Made by a program: the position numbers and the translations under genes. Source: Octopus vulgaris (lineage: Eukaryota). From it: DNA of 64,000 nt. This document shows positions 29,268-43,544 of the stretch, piece by piece. The stretch is from NCBI GenBank assembly GCA_951406725.2, contig OX597815.1, positions 172,918,001-172,982,000 of the forward strand. The letters are read 5' to 3'. The notes below the pieces were generated by a model that had not been told where the DNA came from, searched no databases, and was given only the letters and a program-made list of their open reading frames with translations. Each line of letters opens with the position of its first letter. Position 1 is the stretch's first letter.

Positions 29268-29387
29268 GAGATATGTATATATGTATATATATATATACAC
29301 ACAAATGTATGTATGTATATATATATGTATATACACATACGCACACACATCCATCCACACACAAACACATACACACGTGTGTACTAC

Positions 29388-29447
29388 CTGTGTTACGGTG
29401 TGCATGTCACCATCTAACTCTCGATAATGAGATGAGGGTCGCGCCAT
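29388..29447 (-). CDS. CACNB: Probable distal first coding exon of CACNB ([20 protein letters not shown])
   Basis: ATG in good context (AACATGG), 20 codons, phase-0 donor CAG|gtagta that joins in frame to the 22341 exon. Lies in a CpG-retaining, promoter-like region. Confidence 0.7.
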
Positions 29448-30410
29448 GTTACACAGCAGCCGCCCTGCTCCATCAGACAAAACGGAGATGCAGGTTTTTC
29501 TTCCTTTACATGGCACACACCCACTTCCACTGGCAGCTGTCGGTGGTCCGCATTATAGCGAGTTGTACGAAAATAACCAGCCAGCAAGGAATAAGTGCAA
29601 GTGTAGATAAAAAAATATATATATATAAATTATATGTGTGGTTGTATCTATATATATGTATGTAGTATTATGTATGTATGTATGTATATATATATATAAA
29701 TATATATATATATACACACACACACACGTATATATATATGTGTATGTATGCGTGTGTTTTGCGTGTGAATATTTGTGTGCACGCACGTGTGCGTGCGTGT
29801 GTGCGTTTTGAATGAATATGTAAGGATATTATCTTATTCTTTGAGGAAGGTAGGAAAAAGACGTTAACTCGCACAGCCTAGGGTTACTCCACCCACGGAT
29901 AATGGAATTTTTTTTCGTTTCCCTTTAACATAGAGTATTTCTTGAACTTGGCTTTGTATATGATTTGCAGGAATAACCGAGGCACAACAAGAAGAAATGG
30001 TAAATTATCCGTGAGGTTGTTGGAGAGAAATAGCTGGAGAGAGAAAAACCATAAACTGGTTTCCTGGAAGTAAGAGAGATCTTGTAATGGAAAGAGGGAG
30101 GTACTCTTAAATGGAATCGAGAAGAAAAGAAGATCCAAGAGAGGGAAGGAATGAGGAGGAAAGACAGTCAAAGAGGAGAAGAAAGAGGAGCGTCTGTGAC
30201 GAGAGTGAAAGTATCAATCAAAGATATCACACAGAGAGAATCATTAATAGAATATGAATGGAAGGTGCACGCGCTAGAAAGTGCGAGCGAAGATAATTAT
30301 GGAAGTTCCTTCTGTTTTCGGTCATGCTATGGCAAAACCCCATGGTTTCGTTTTTTAGGTTGTTTTCTTTTTATTATTGTGTGTGTACTTGTATGTGTGT
30401 GTGTGTGTAA

Positions 30411-30456
<46 letters not shown>

Positions 30457-30659
30457 TATATTATATTATATTATATTATATTATATCATATCATATTATT
30501 TTTCTTGTAGTACACCACCTGCTTCTACGCCTGTATTCGCCACTTTAATCAGAACTGTTTATTTACATTCTCTTTATTTCAGTAATAGAATTCACTGTCA
30601 TTGGTAACAAGTGGGAAATTCAGTCAGAAAAAGAAAGGAGTAAGAAAATAAAACAAGTC

Positions 30660-30870
30660 TATTTTTCCCGGAAATAGTAACCACTGACGTCATAAGAATA
30701 ATGATTTTTAATTGGTTCTTTTCTCAGTCTTATCTTGTCTGAATTTTTTGTCGTTAGTCAATTTCCAAATCATTAGATATGTGGCCAGTGAAAAATACTC
30801 GTCGTTTTAAAGCTCATTTTTGCCATAGTATCTCAAATATACAAGAACAAATTTGTCAGTGGTAAGTTTT
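30660..30870 (+). promoter_or_regulatory. Putative divergent promoter and non-coding first exon
   Basis: ETS-type CCGGAAAT at 30668-30675, full CRE palindrome TGACGTCA at 30685-30692, and a plus-strand donor TG|gtaagt at 30861/30862. CpG becomes visibly scarce downstream. Confidence 0.4.
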
Positions 30871-31614
30871 CCTACTAGCCACCGGAAAAAAAAACCCATT
30901 TAATATTCTTCTCAGACTGTGGTGTCTTTTGGAGCCTATAAAGATTTTGTCATTTGGTGAGCTTTTGGCTAATAAAAAAACAACCATGTTGAGTGCTTTA
31001 TGAGTCAGAGAGCCTATTTTGTTGTAGGAGAACATAGTAGTTCATTTAACTTCCTACATTAATCTATTTATTAAAGCTGGGTAGACAAAACAGTGTTGAC
31101 TTTGTAGTATTTGAACTCGGATCAATTGGCTATCTTGTCTCCTTTCCTCAATTGTTCTACTATACCATTTGACTTAATAATGCTTTCTTATATTGTCACA
31201 AGTTTATGTTATAGGGACTATGGTCAACTGAATTGATGCCAGGACATATAAACTATTTTTTTACTAACCCTCAAAGAGATGAAATACAAGCAATCTTGGA
31301 AAGATTTGAACCCTTGGACATATGGGACAAAACTATTAAGTGTAATGCATTTAGTTATAATCCAACTATTTTTATTATCCAACAGCCCACCTTTGTAAAG
31401 ATAAGCCTTTAAATTGAGATGGCTCTAAGGTTAAAAAGCTTACTTTGCAACCACATGGTTTCAGGTTCAGTCTCACTGCACAGAACTAATGTCTTCTACT
31501 ATAGCTCCAATCCAACCAATGCCTTATAAGTGAATTTGGTAGATGGAAACCATATGAAAGCCTGCCAAATATATGTATTTGTGTGTGTGTATATATATAT
31601 ATATAGTCACAAGA

Positions 31615-32020
31615 GTAGCTGTGTGGTTAGTAGCTTGCTTACTAACCACATGGTTCTGGGTTCAGTCCCACTGTATGGCACCTTGGGCAACTGTCTTCTG
31701 CTATAGCCTCGGGCCAACCAAAGACTTGTGAGTGGATTTGGTAGACGGAAACTGAAAGAAGCCTGTCGTATTTATATATATATGTATATATATATATATG
31801 TGTGTGTTTGTGTGTGCATGTATGTGTGTATATGTTTGTGTGTCTGTTTGTTCCCCAACATCGCTTGACAACCTATGTTGGTGTGTTTACATCTCCATAA
31901 CTTAGCAGTTTGGCAAAAACGATTGATAGAATAAGTACTAAGTTTACAAAGAATAAGTCCTGTGGTCAATTTCCTTGACTAAAGGTGGTACTCCAGCATG
32001 GCCACAGTCAAATGACTGAA
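31615..32020 (+). mobile_element. tRNA-derived SINE family A, near-complete copy
   Basis: A/B-box head (gctgtgtggttag...gggttcagtccc), body accttgggcaa...ggaaactgaaagaagcc, microsatellite, then tail. Other copies at ~1417-1530, 12845-12995, 31420-31565, 33330-33490 (-), 35575-35710 (-), 39044-39295, 40100-40245 (-), 46461-46615 and 57608-57895. Confidence 0.8.
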
Positions 32021-32053
32021 TCTTATATATATATACATGTGTATATATATATA

Positions 32054-32091
<38 letters not shown>

Positions 32092-32191
32092 CACACATAT
32101 ATATACGAATGCAAGGCCAGCCTTAGAAGGTGCAGGGCCCAATTGGGAACAATATTGGTGGACCCCAGGTTCCTAGTCAACTCGCACCAAG

Positions 32192-32231
<40 letters not shown>

Positions 32232-32445
32232 TAGAGAAAAACCACTATTATGTAATTCAAACAATGATAGACGTAAATAACACCATATAGAAAAAATAAA
32301 ATATATAATAAAACATTTATCTAGATCACAATAAAGTACATAATAATAAATAAACAGTATATAATTAGTAAATAGATTATGTACTCCCTAATATTATTAT
32401 TATACACACACACACACATATATATGTATATATATATATATATAT

Positions 32446-32756
32446 ATGAAAACAGTTATGACAAAGGATGAATTATGGGTCTATAGCTCTACCCTGGAAA
32501 CCAAAGCAAAAATCAAATTCCACTTGAAGGGAACAAGATTTCAAGACCTGCAAAAATCCATGAGAATGTGTCAAGGCAGCTGCTTGCTATCCCAAACAAG
32601 GAGTTCCTGGAATGCTTCCATCAATGGAAATGATGCTGGATAAAGTGTGTAGCTTCAAAAGGCAACTACTTCAAAAGAAATTAAAAGCTGAATAGATATA
32701 TGTTGTAGTTTTCTTTTTATAGCACCAGTTCTGATATGTTTTGATCAGACATTATA
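32446..32756 (+). mobile_element. Mariner fragment (3' part)
   Basis: TKDELWVY and KIKFHLKGTRF motifs; TIR-like end ttttgatcagacattata. Confidence 0.65.
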
Positions 32757-33262
32757 CTTCAAACATCCGAGTTGCCAATGCTAGAGTGGATGGCTTAATT
32801 ATCATTATTGTAGAGTACATGTGGATGTCATAGACAGCATGAATAATAACTGAAGCAAATTCACGAGCATTTAACTTTGATATTTATTGCCAGACCTAAT
32901 ATATTTGGCGTTGGTTATTTACAATGAACAATATTAAAAATTGCTGACTAGGAAGAGAGAAAAACTGTTCTGTGGATGTAGAAAGCTATATGTGGTGTGC
33001 CTGAGTGCTGGGAATTGTCTACACAAAAGTCCAGAGCAGTCCATGGCATCAGCAGTCTGTCAGCCATCTGGACTCTGAGTCACGCACCAAACTGTTTTTA
33101 TAGGAGACAAAGAGTTAAATTTTAGAACTTGAGAAAAGCATATCGCACCACAACTTCACACTGATTGGTTGGTTTGTAGATCAATCATGTGAAACTGTGG
33201 TGGCTGAGCATCAACTGTTAGGGTTCAAATATCCATATATATATATTTCTATACACAGCTAG

Positions 33263-33296
<34 letters not shown>

Positions 33297-33508
33297 TACA
33301 TACAGAGAGAGAGGTACACATATATATACATGATGGGCTTTTTACAGTTGCTATCTACCAAATCCACTCCCAAGGCTTTGATTGACACAGGGCTGTAGTA
33401 GAAGACACTTGCCCAAAGCGCTCTTACAGTGGAACTGAACCTAAAACCATGTGGTTGGGAAGCAAGCTTCTTACCACACTGCCTAACATGCACCTATTTA
33501 TTTGAATA

Positions 33509-33693
33509 TTAAACAGATCCAGTCACATCACATCCATTAATCTGAGACAATATACTTTTGAATTAGCATCTGTCTTTAAATTATTCAACCTCTACATGCA
33601 TTCATCCATAATCAAGAAGCATGAAGTTATATGCACCGTTGCCATAAATGATACCAACATTTTTTCAACCTACAGCCTATTGCTCTTCTACAG
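33509..33693 (+). repeat. 185-bp sequence with a perfect inverted copy at 38787-38971
   Basis: Base-by-base reverse-complement comparison found no mismatch. Confidence 0.95.
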
Positions 33694-33992
33694 TTTCTAA
33701 AATAATAGATTCTAGAATTATTAAAGACATTCTAATATAATTTATGTCTTCCACTCCTTTTCTTGATTCTTAAGGATTTCCAGAAAAATATATCCACATT
33801 TTTCTATTTCTTACATAATCTGTTAATTCTTTCTGTTTCTAACCTTCACCTGTTTCCAAGTAAGGTAATATTTCCTCATGACAGGATACGTTTTCACAGA
33901 AGGATGGAAATGAAGGACGCCAGTTGTATGGTGGTGAGACATTTACAACAATCATACAAAACAAGGAGACAGTAACACACACACATACATAT

Positions 33993-35540
33993 ATGAGGGT
34001 TACTTGAAAAGTTCATAGGTTGACCAAGATATTTTCAGGGAATGTAACCAAATCATCATCATCGTTTAATGTCCGTTTTCCATGCTGGCATGGGTTGGAC
34101 AGTTCAACTGGAGTTTGTGAAGCCAGGAGGCTGCACCATGCCCCAATCAGATCTGGCAGTGTTTCTACAGCTGGATGCCCTTCCTAATGCCAACCACTCC
34201 AAGAGTTAGTGGGTGCTTTTTATGTGCCACCGGCACAGGGGCCAGACGAGCTAGCATTGACCATGATTGGATGGTGCTTTTTACATGCCACTGGCATGGA
34301 AGCCAGTCAAAGCAAGACAGACAGATATGAATAAACCGATAGAGATAAACAGATAGACAGAAAAATATTGGTGAAGTTTATTTTTCAACATTACCCCCAC
34401 CCCATGTGATCTATACAGTTCCTCCATCAGTGTTGCAGTGCTTGGATCCTATTGTTGAAGAAGCTTTTGTCCTGTTAGTAAAAAATTCATCAACAACAGA
34501 TATGACGTCATCACTGCAATATTGGTCTCCAGCTAAATGTTTTTTCATGTTGGAAAACAGAAGGTAGTCAGATGGGGGTCAAATCAAGAAAATAGGGAGG
34601 GAAAGTGATCAACCAGTTCAAAGCCACAGTCATGCACAGCAGCCATTGAAACCAAGGACTTGTGTGCTGGAACATTGTTCTGATGAAGCAAGACTCTTTT
34701 CATCAGTTTTCCTTGGTGTTTGATCATGACAGCCTTTTATAACTGCTTCATTGATGGTGTGGCCCTTTTGAAGATAGTCAATAAACGCGATGTTTTTTAC
34801 ATCCCAAAAAACTGAGGCCATCACCTTCCCTGCAGATGAAACAACTTGGGCCTCTTTGGAGCAGGTGAGGATGGTGTTTCCATTGCATGGGTTGTCTCTT
34901 TGTCTCTGGCTCAAAGTGATGAACCCAACACTTATCTTGGGTTAGGAAACCAGCTAGATCTGCCTCTTCTGTGATGTGACCAGCCTAGTGTACTTTTGAT
35001 CAGATGTCAGAAGATGTAACACCCACCAAGCAGAAAGCTTCATTATACCAAGTTCATTGTGCAGAATATTCTCAACTCTCTCAAGGGATATGCTAATAGC
35101 ATTGGTTATTTGATTTATAGTCAATTGCTAGTCATTCATCAGCATGTGATGAACACAATATTTTCCTCAGTGGCATCCAAACATTGGGTCATCTTCAAGA
35201 CTCTCCTTTCCCTTTCTAAATTCACCTGCCAATTTTTGCCCTGTTGATAAAGCTGGAGCATCAAATACTAATGTAGTAACTATGTCGGCATGACTGTCTA
35301 TGAGGGCTAAATCCTTTTTCTACAGGTGATTGATAACACCACAATACCATTTTGTTCATTTTCAAGAGAAGTAACTACTTGTTACTCTCCAAGTCTTCTT
35401 TGAAGAGCCAGATGTCAGTTTACCTGGAATGAAAAGAAACAATGCAATTATTAATAAGAAGAGTTGAAATTAACGCATGCAAGATTTCACAGCTCCAGTA
35501 TCACTCCTTCATAGTCAGCCTATGAACTTTTCAGCTTCTT
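33993..35540 (-). mobile_element. Decayed mariner transposon interrupted by an RTE tail
   Basis: TIRs tgaaaagttcataggttgac / gtcagcctatgaacttttcag; transposase motif SSAGKVMASVFWD...IDYLQKGHTIN. Confidence 0.85.
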
Positions 35541-37671
35541 TTAGTTACATTTTCTTTTAGTTTAGAACAAGCTTCTCTTAGTTTCTGTCTACCAAATCCA
35601 CTCACAAGGTTTTGGTTGGTCCAAGGTTGTATTAGAAGACACTTACCCAAGGTGTCACACAGTGGGACTCAACCCAAAACCATGTGGTTGGGAAGAAAAC
35701 TTTTAAGCACATCTGCAAAACCGCAGCTGCACCTAGCTTGCCTATGCCTGCATTTTACCATTAGTAATAATTACCTGGCACTAAAAACTCTCTCTGATTC
35801 AACAGTCAAATTATTTCATTTGTAATCTATTTACATTAACTTTTCAAAAACTTAAAAAAGAATGCAATGAACATTTAAATCCACTACAATCAATAACAGC
35901 CTAAATGATTCAAAAGCTTTTTTTTTTATTGCTATGATTATAAAATACAGATAGTTTGGTATAGAATAAAAACATAAGTATTTTTCCTTTAAGTCCAAGG
36001 TTTGATTGATTTTGTTGCAATTTCAGCAGTGACTGATAAGTGGATGATCATAACTGAAAATATACCTTATCAACATTATCTCACCAAACAAGTTTCTGGG
36101 GAAAATAATCCTTTCTACTATAGGCACAAGGCCTGAAATTTTGGGGGAGGTGGGGGCCTGTCGATTACATTGACTCCAGAATTCTTCATTCAAATCAAAC
36201 ATTGATGAATGTTGCAAGATGAATTGAGTTTCTAGGTCAATTTTTCAACAGTTGTGAAGCAATTCTCAAATGCAACTACATTAACTTATCAATTCTAGGT
36301 GTACTGTATCTGTCAAACATGAGTCACCAACCCTGAACTTTTCAAACTATCTTTGACATTTTCTCATGTGTGGAATATCTTTGCAGTAAACTTCTTGAAC
36401 TTTTCACATTATTTCAGTAGCATTATTCTCTTTACTGATCTCATAGAACATTATTTACCTAATGTTTTCTGATTCTGCCATGTTCTCTACATCTTAAAAT
36501 TAGCAAGATATGTTATACCTCATAAGTATAATCTCTGACAATTTCAAGGTTTAGACAACAACAATCACTTTTAAAATTTCACTATACGTAAAGGGTAAAC
36601 CTGGTATTTATGGATTTATCAATAGTGTCTGTGAGGATCAAAATTTTTCTTTCTTTCAATTATCTCTTCTCAATAAGCATCAATCCTATATTTTTAAATT
36701 CTCTGTATTCTGAAATCTTCTACCATTCCCATCAAATATCTAGGTTTTTGCCATCAATGAGAACCATATCCCAAGAAAATGCAGTAATCTGTCAGTGGGA
36801 ACCAATACAAAATAATCACAAATGGTGTTAGTTTAAAATTAAAAACATTAAGAATTACATCATATATATATTCTGAATTCCAAAGCTAACAAAAATTCCT
36901 TATGTAGTCTGTTGACTTCGAGGAAATAGCAACTGAATCTACTTGAAACCATACCCTACAATTAAAAAAAGAAAGAAAAGCATATTGGGATATTATAGTT
37001 CATATAAGCATTGAAAAAAATTATGGTCACATCTGGTACAGTTTTAATCATTTGTCTGCTCGTCCAGAGCTGACCAGAAGCTCAACAACAACTTAATTAC
37101 CATAAAAAGAATTCACTTCTTATGCTAGGATTGTCTTTAATTAACTTCCTGGAAAATATTACCAAAACTGCTTTATTTGATGAAGATGAGACAGAGCTTA
37201 CAAAAGCAGAAGTCAATGTAGTATCAGTGCAATTGACTGAGAAAAATAAAAGCAAATTGTCTGTGGTTAATGATCGTAGTATTTGCCAATCAGTTGGTTG
37301 GCATTTTATGGTTTACTCTAGGCTTAACATTAGTTGTGACTGAGGATTTAATCTGTTTTTAACATGTATAGAATGAGTCTTATAGAACATGATTTATCTT
37401 GGTGTTCTTGAAGTAGATTAGATTGTTATGTCCACCATCAGAGAATATTTTTATTGACTCTGTATCATTTCTCACAAATTTTATTAACTGACCTGCTTTT
37501 CTGTTTTTCATCACTATGCTTTGTTGAATATTCTTGATTCTACACCAAAGATTGTATGCTTCTTACTTTACAGCATACATATCTCTTTTATCTAACATAT
37601 CTTCTATATGCCACTTTCCTTATGGAAATCATATCTTCATCATGGGACATATATTTTCATCACAGAACACA

Positions 37672-37740
<69 letters not shown>

Positions 37741-38207
37741 TTACTATTTCCTGTAATATATAAACCCAAGCTCTTCAGATTTTTTCCCTGATCCTAAATA
37801 ATACCTTGGCTATACTACTTTTAGAGAGGCCTTATAAACACAACTACTACAAACATACCTATAAGTGTTTGTAATATTATGTAACCCTAAGGCAGTGAGC
37901 TGGTAGAATCGTTAACATGCCAGGTAAAATACTTAGCTTTGTTTCATCCCTCTTTATGTTCTGAGTTCAATTTCCACTGGAGTTGATTTTGCCTTTCATC
38001 ATTTCTGGGTCAATAAGATAAGTACCAGTTGAGCACTGGGATTAATGTAATTCACTTACTCCTCTGAAATTGCTGGCCTTGTGCCAAAATTTGGAACCAA
38101 TATTAAGCTACCCTTTCTGCCAACCGACAGTTAATTGATAATATTTTTAAATGCTGCTACACATAATGCTTGGTACTTTTAGACAAATTTAATTTATGCA
38201 TGTTTAA

Positions 38208-38428
38208 CCCTTTCATTACCAACCCAGCTGAAACCAGCTCTGGCTATGTAGTACAAATGTCTTGTTCTCATTAGTTTTGAATCAAAACCTTCCACCAATC
38301 CTTTGTTACAATTTATGTTCCTAACACTTGCTTAATGATAACTAAGTTATTTTACAAAATTCTTTGTTATATCTAAAATAATTCAGAGAAACACTGAGCA
38401 TCTCAAAATAAATACAGTAACGAAAGGG
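38208..38428. mobile_element. piggyBac-like MITE
   Basis: TTAA|ccctttcattac...gtaacgaaaggg|TTAA: TIRs with a TTAA target duplication. Confidence 0.8.
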
Positions 38429-38786
38429 TTAAAGGACACCAAATAGATACTAAAATTGATCTGTGACAATAATTCTTTAAAAAATTCAGCCTTAATTAAG
38501 CTTTCTAGTTTTTAATTATATTGCAGTATATGTTATGTAAAGAAGGCATATATCTGAAGAAGAGGAGTTTGTGAGACATTTTCTCATGATGACTTATCTA
38601 CTAATAATCACCATCTACCACTCAGTTATTATCTGTGTTTCCTAATATTAATTTGTATATTATAAGGACCACCAATGTTTAGCACCACCATCTTGCCCTT
38701 GAGTTCTTTCAATAAAACTCATGCTCTTGTAAGATTTTGGACATTTTTTCTTGTAAATGTTCAGGATGGACATCAGCCATATCAAT

Positions 38787-38971
38787 CTGTAGAAGAGCAA
38801 TAGGCTGTAGGTTGAAAAAATGTTGGTATCATTTATGGCAACGGTGCATATAACTTCATGCTTCTTGATTATGGATGAATGCATGTAGAGGTTGAATAAT
38901 TTAAAGACAGATGCTAATTCAAAAGTATATTGTCTCAGATTAATGGATGTGATGTGACTGGATCTGTTTAA
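38787..38971 (-). repeat. Inverted partner of 33509-33693
   Basis: Exact reverse complement of 33509-33693. Confidence 0.95.
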
Positions 38972-39299
38972 AAGAAAGCCATCAAAAGACATTAATATTG
39001 CTCCTCATCCCCTGAAAAGAAAAAATACAAGATAGGTGCTAGGGTGGCTGTGTGGTAAGAAGTTTGCTTCTAAATACAGGGTTTTGTATTCAGTCCCACT
39101 GCATGATATATTAGACTAGTGTCTTCTTCTATAGCCTTGGGCCAATCAAAACCTTGTGAGCGGATTGATTGACACAAACTGAAAGAAGTTAGTAGTGTGT
39201 GTGTGTGTGTGCTCATGTGCATGTGAACATGTGTGTGCATATGTGTGTATCTTTTTTTGTGTCTGTGTTTGTCTCCTAGCACACTTGACAAGTTGGTTT

Positions 39300-40082
39300 G
39301 TGGAATAATTTTTTTCCACAGTTTTTTCATGTGCAATCAACGTATCTGACCTCCAAACCTGCCATAAGTCACTTTTTTCCAGAAAAGAAAAGTGGGAAGA
39401 GTAGTGAGGACCTCGAAGTTTCCTACCAAGGGAGTTTTGTTTTGCAGGTCTCTTTTTCTTTTCCAGGTTATTTTGCATGCTTATGACATCGAATTCACGC
39501 GTAAACAGCTCCTTTCCCCAGAAAAGGAAAGATTTGGCTGTTATTTCTAGCATGCCCTGCCACCATGTAATAGCTATTTGCATTCACACTGAATATTTAC
39601 CAACTTTTTACCTTCCATTAATTTTTTGCACTTTATGGAAGTCAATATTTTCTCTATTAACATCCACCTCAATGAGGTCAAGGATCAAGTGGAAACACAT
39701 CAAGCACTGTTCCCTCTTGACCAGACAAAGAAATTTCCTGCTGTCTTTACAAACAACAAGCAGGTGGATTTGGTTTCAAATTTCAGCAGGGCCAAATGAG
39801 GTCCTACAAGTTATTTATAATAATAAGTAGCATTATATCGGGATTGAAAGAATGACGTGTACAATATTAAATGTGCTAAGACAATCTGAAAGCAATAAAA
39901 ACTTCTAAATGTTTACTGGTTTTTATGAAATTGTTAGGTTAGCGGACTTGAGTTAACAGAAGCTAAATGTAACGGAAGTTAATTAGTCTGATAATGATTT
40001 TTAAAGTTAACTTAAAAGTTAATGAAAATGTTAATTTTGTTAATTAATGATTAACAGAATTACAGACTTATGCCCAGCTCTG
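39300..40082 (-). mobile_element. Possible decayed hAT transposon 5' end
   Basis: Terminus cagagctgggcataag (40067-40082, minus strand) followed by ttaac-rich subterminal repeats and broken coding-like sequence. Confidence 0.35.
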
Positions 40083-41128
40083 TATATACATATATGACAG
40101 GCCGCTTTCAGTTTCTGTCTAGCAAATCAATACACAAGGCTTTGGTCAGCCCGAGGCCATAGTGGAAGATACTTGCACTAGGTTCCACATGGTGAGACTG
40201 AACCCGGAACCATGAGGTTGGGAAGCAAGCTTCTTACCACATAGTCAATCTAATATATTATTTACTTCTCATAAGTTAATCTGAATTTAATAATAGCAAC
40301 ACTTTGTGGGTGAATCTAAAATCAATCTCAGATAAAGTACTAGAAGTAAACTAAAAATGGAAAACAAAGAAAGAAAATGAAAGAAAAATAAGATAAATAT
40401 AATCCATAAAATGTATAGCCGAAATTTTAAATATATGACTGGATGTAAGAAAATAGTTAAATTGAATAAACCATGAGAATTTTTATAAGAAAACCAAAAA
40501 GGCATTGGTTACTCACTGAACAATGGCTGCCTATAGATTTGCATTAACTGGTAACCAGTGTGAAGGCATATTAAGAAAACCTTGGAATTATAAAATAAAA
40601 TGTGAAAGAAAAAGCAAGTTACGCAAACTTATTGATCAACAGAGGGAAAAAAGACAATATTACTTTCACTGTAAAATATAAAGTAAATTAATTGCTTGCA
40701 TTTCCAAAAGCAAAAGCTATAATGGCAATTTTAGTCATTGGATAAAATCCCACCTATTTTCAATTTGCTTGCTTCGTGTGTGGCATTTAAATTCAAACCT
40801 GAAATCAGTTTATGTATTTATATTCAACGACATTTAATCATCCTCAAACTTTTACTTCTTTAATGGTTTATTTTGCAATTTTAATATCTATTAATATTTA
40901 TTGATATTACGAGCAGAGAAAACATAATATTTGAGTCTAATATTATATTTGGATATTGACTCAACAAAATACAAATTTATTTAAGTGTACTATTTTAAAT
41001 ATCATCTTTGTACATGAAAAAAAAATCCTTAATTATTATTGTTTTCAAAAAAATTCTTTCGGCAAATCTGAAAAGATATAACTGTCAATATTTCGCTTGA
41101 GTTTTTTTCTTTTTTAAAAATATACATA

Positions 41129-41210
<82 letters not shown>

Positions 41211-43544
41211 TATTCATTCAACTAAAATATATATATATATATATGTAAATATGAAATCATTCAAAATAATTGTTGAAATGTTTGGCTCAATTAAGTTTAC
41301 AATAAATTTTCCTAATGTTGACATAAATTAATATACATTTGCTTCTTGTGAAACAAAGGTTCAATCAATGACTGCCTTTTTCTGCCAACTCAAACAAGAA
41401 GTGAGATATAATTATAGAAAATATACATCTTATAAATTGTGAGAAAAAGAAAATCTAAGATTATCGTAATAACATTCATTCTTGACATCCAAATGCCCAT
41501 TAATTTAATCTATTCAATTTATAAAAGAAGTAAAATAACAAAACAGTACAAGTTTCATGTCTTGGTAAATACATCAGCATTTATAAGAGCATTCAGCTAT
41601 AGATATGTACAAATATTCAATAATCAAAGAACAGGTGTAAAGCTGTAATCCAGTTGTCAGGTGATGGTGGTGGTGGTGGAGAGGGGACAAATACAAAGAC
41701 ACATGTATTTCTAACTGTGTTTGTCCCCAACAACCACTTCACAACCAGTGTTGGTATGTTTATGTCCCTGCAACTTAGCAGTTTGGTTTAAAGTAACTAA
41801 CAGAACAAGTACCAGGCTTAAAAAATAAGTACTGGGGTCAAGTCATTCAACTAAAATTTCTTCAGGGCCCAACAGCCTTCCATGTCTTATTTATTTGTAA
41901 ATAGAGATAAAGAATTTACATGGTTGATATGCAATGACTTCTCCATATTCTAACACAGTGGTTTTCAGACTTTTGTAGCTCAGTACCCACTTTCATTGAA
42001 AAAAAAAAGCCTATTATTTTAATTAAAAAGAAATTGATTTTGCACACTGGTTTATTGTACATATTTAGAACATATTAAAAAAAAATTGAAAATAAAAGTT
42101 GAAGAAACATAACTAAAACATGTTTTCATTTTAATAAATAATATTCATTCAAAAAGTTACAATTATTAAATTAGAATTTTTTTAAAGGGCTTATGAGCAC
42201 TGAACCTTGACACATCTTGAAAAAAATTAATTCTGCCCATTCCCAACCAATGAAACGTACATGTATGTAACATTATAGTTACAATTTACAGCAACAAGCT
42301 TGTTTTTACTGTGCAACATTTGTTTACTGTTAATTGAGCTAGATATTTCAAAATTAAATGTATAACCATATTTTCTGGCATACAAGTCAACATAGTATAC
42401 AGTGAAAAAGTGTAGTGTAAACATTCAGACATCATCACTATCTTTCCAAATCCTGCAGCATTTCACCAAGTTGTCTTGATGTATAAGTTGACCTACTTAT
42501 TTCAGCTGTAAATTGTGGTCTGAAAATTTTGACTTGTATGCTAGAAAATTCAGTAATCAAAACACAATGCCACACCTGTGGCAAAATATGACACTTTGAT
42601 ATTTTGGCAAAGAATCAAAAAACTTTATACCACACAGGTGCCAAAGTATGAAACTTTGATATTTTTGCACACAATAATTTCATAGTTAGCTTGCTTTGTC
42701 CGTTTACATCATATATCCATACCAGCTCAGTTATTTTTCATGCTCATAACAGACTATACTTTTATAACATATCTACTCACTCAGCTTACTTGTGCTTTGC
42801 TTTTCAGCATTTCTTTCCAGTATATGCAGATCTTCTGCTCCTACTGCATATAATTTTCCTTGCTAAAAGACAGTATCTCTCTAATGAACATAGCTTCATT
42901 CAACACACACTAGCATTTAACTGTTCTCTTTTCCCCCTCACAGTATCAGAACTCTTACACATACTTTAGACACTCTGACTTTTGTACACCAACAGAAAAA
43001 CTTTCTTGTAACTCTTAAACCCCAAGTCAGTCCTAATCTAGAAGGTGTTCTTGCAATGCACATCACATCTTTTTTTATATATCATAAACTAAAATGCCTA
43101 ATGTGTCCCTTCTACCTTCCCAATGATAGAATATGATTTGCAGGAAGACCCACTCCTGCTTCCTCCACCTTCCCTTCCAACTGATATTCATTAGTGCCTG
43201 TGCTTCCATCTGTGTTTACCACTCACTGCATTCCCCTCATCTGTCACTCTCCTTCCATATTCTCACAAACTCACTTGCCTACCCATTCACTCTTTCCATT
43301 TCTCTTATATCATTTCTTTTATATTCACCTTCCCGTAACTTCAGGGTACACTTTGAACATCTTCACCACCATCTCTTCACTATTTTCCAACTGGAGTAAC
43401 CATGTATCTCCTTTATAGCAAGACACCTTCACTTGTCTCTCTCTCATACTTTAATGTTTCATTACCAGGCATAAAGCCACCTCTTTCAATACTTCACCAC
43501 CTCAGTTGAGGGTTCTTGTTTTGCGAGTAACTTGGTAGTAAAGT

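Noticed and set aside
37122-37343. 73-aa ORF (MLGLSLINFLENITK...)
   Set aside because: No recognisable motif or convincing splice sites; likely a decayed transposon or chance ORF.
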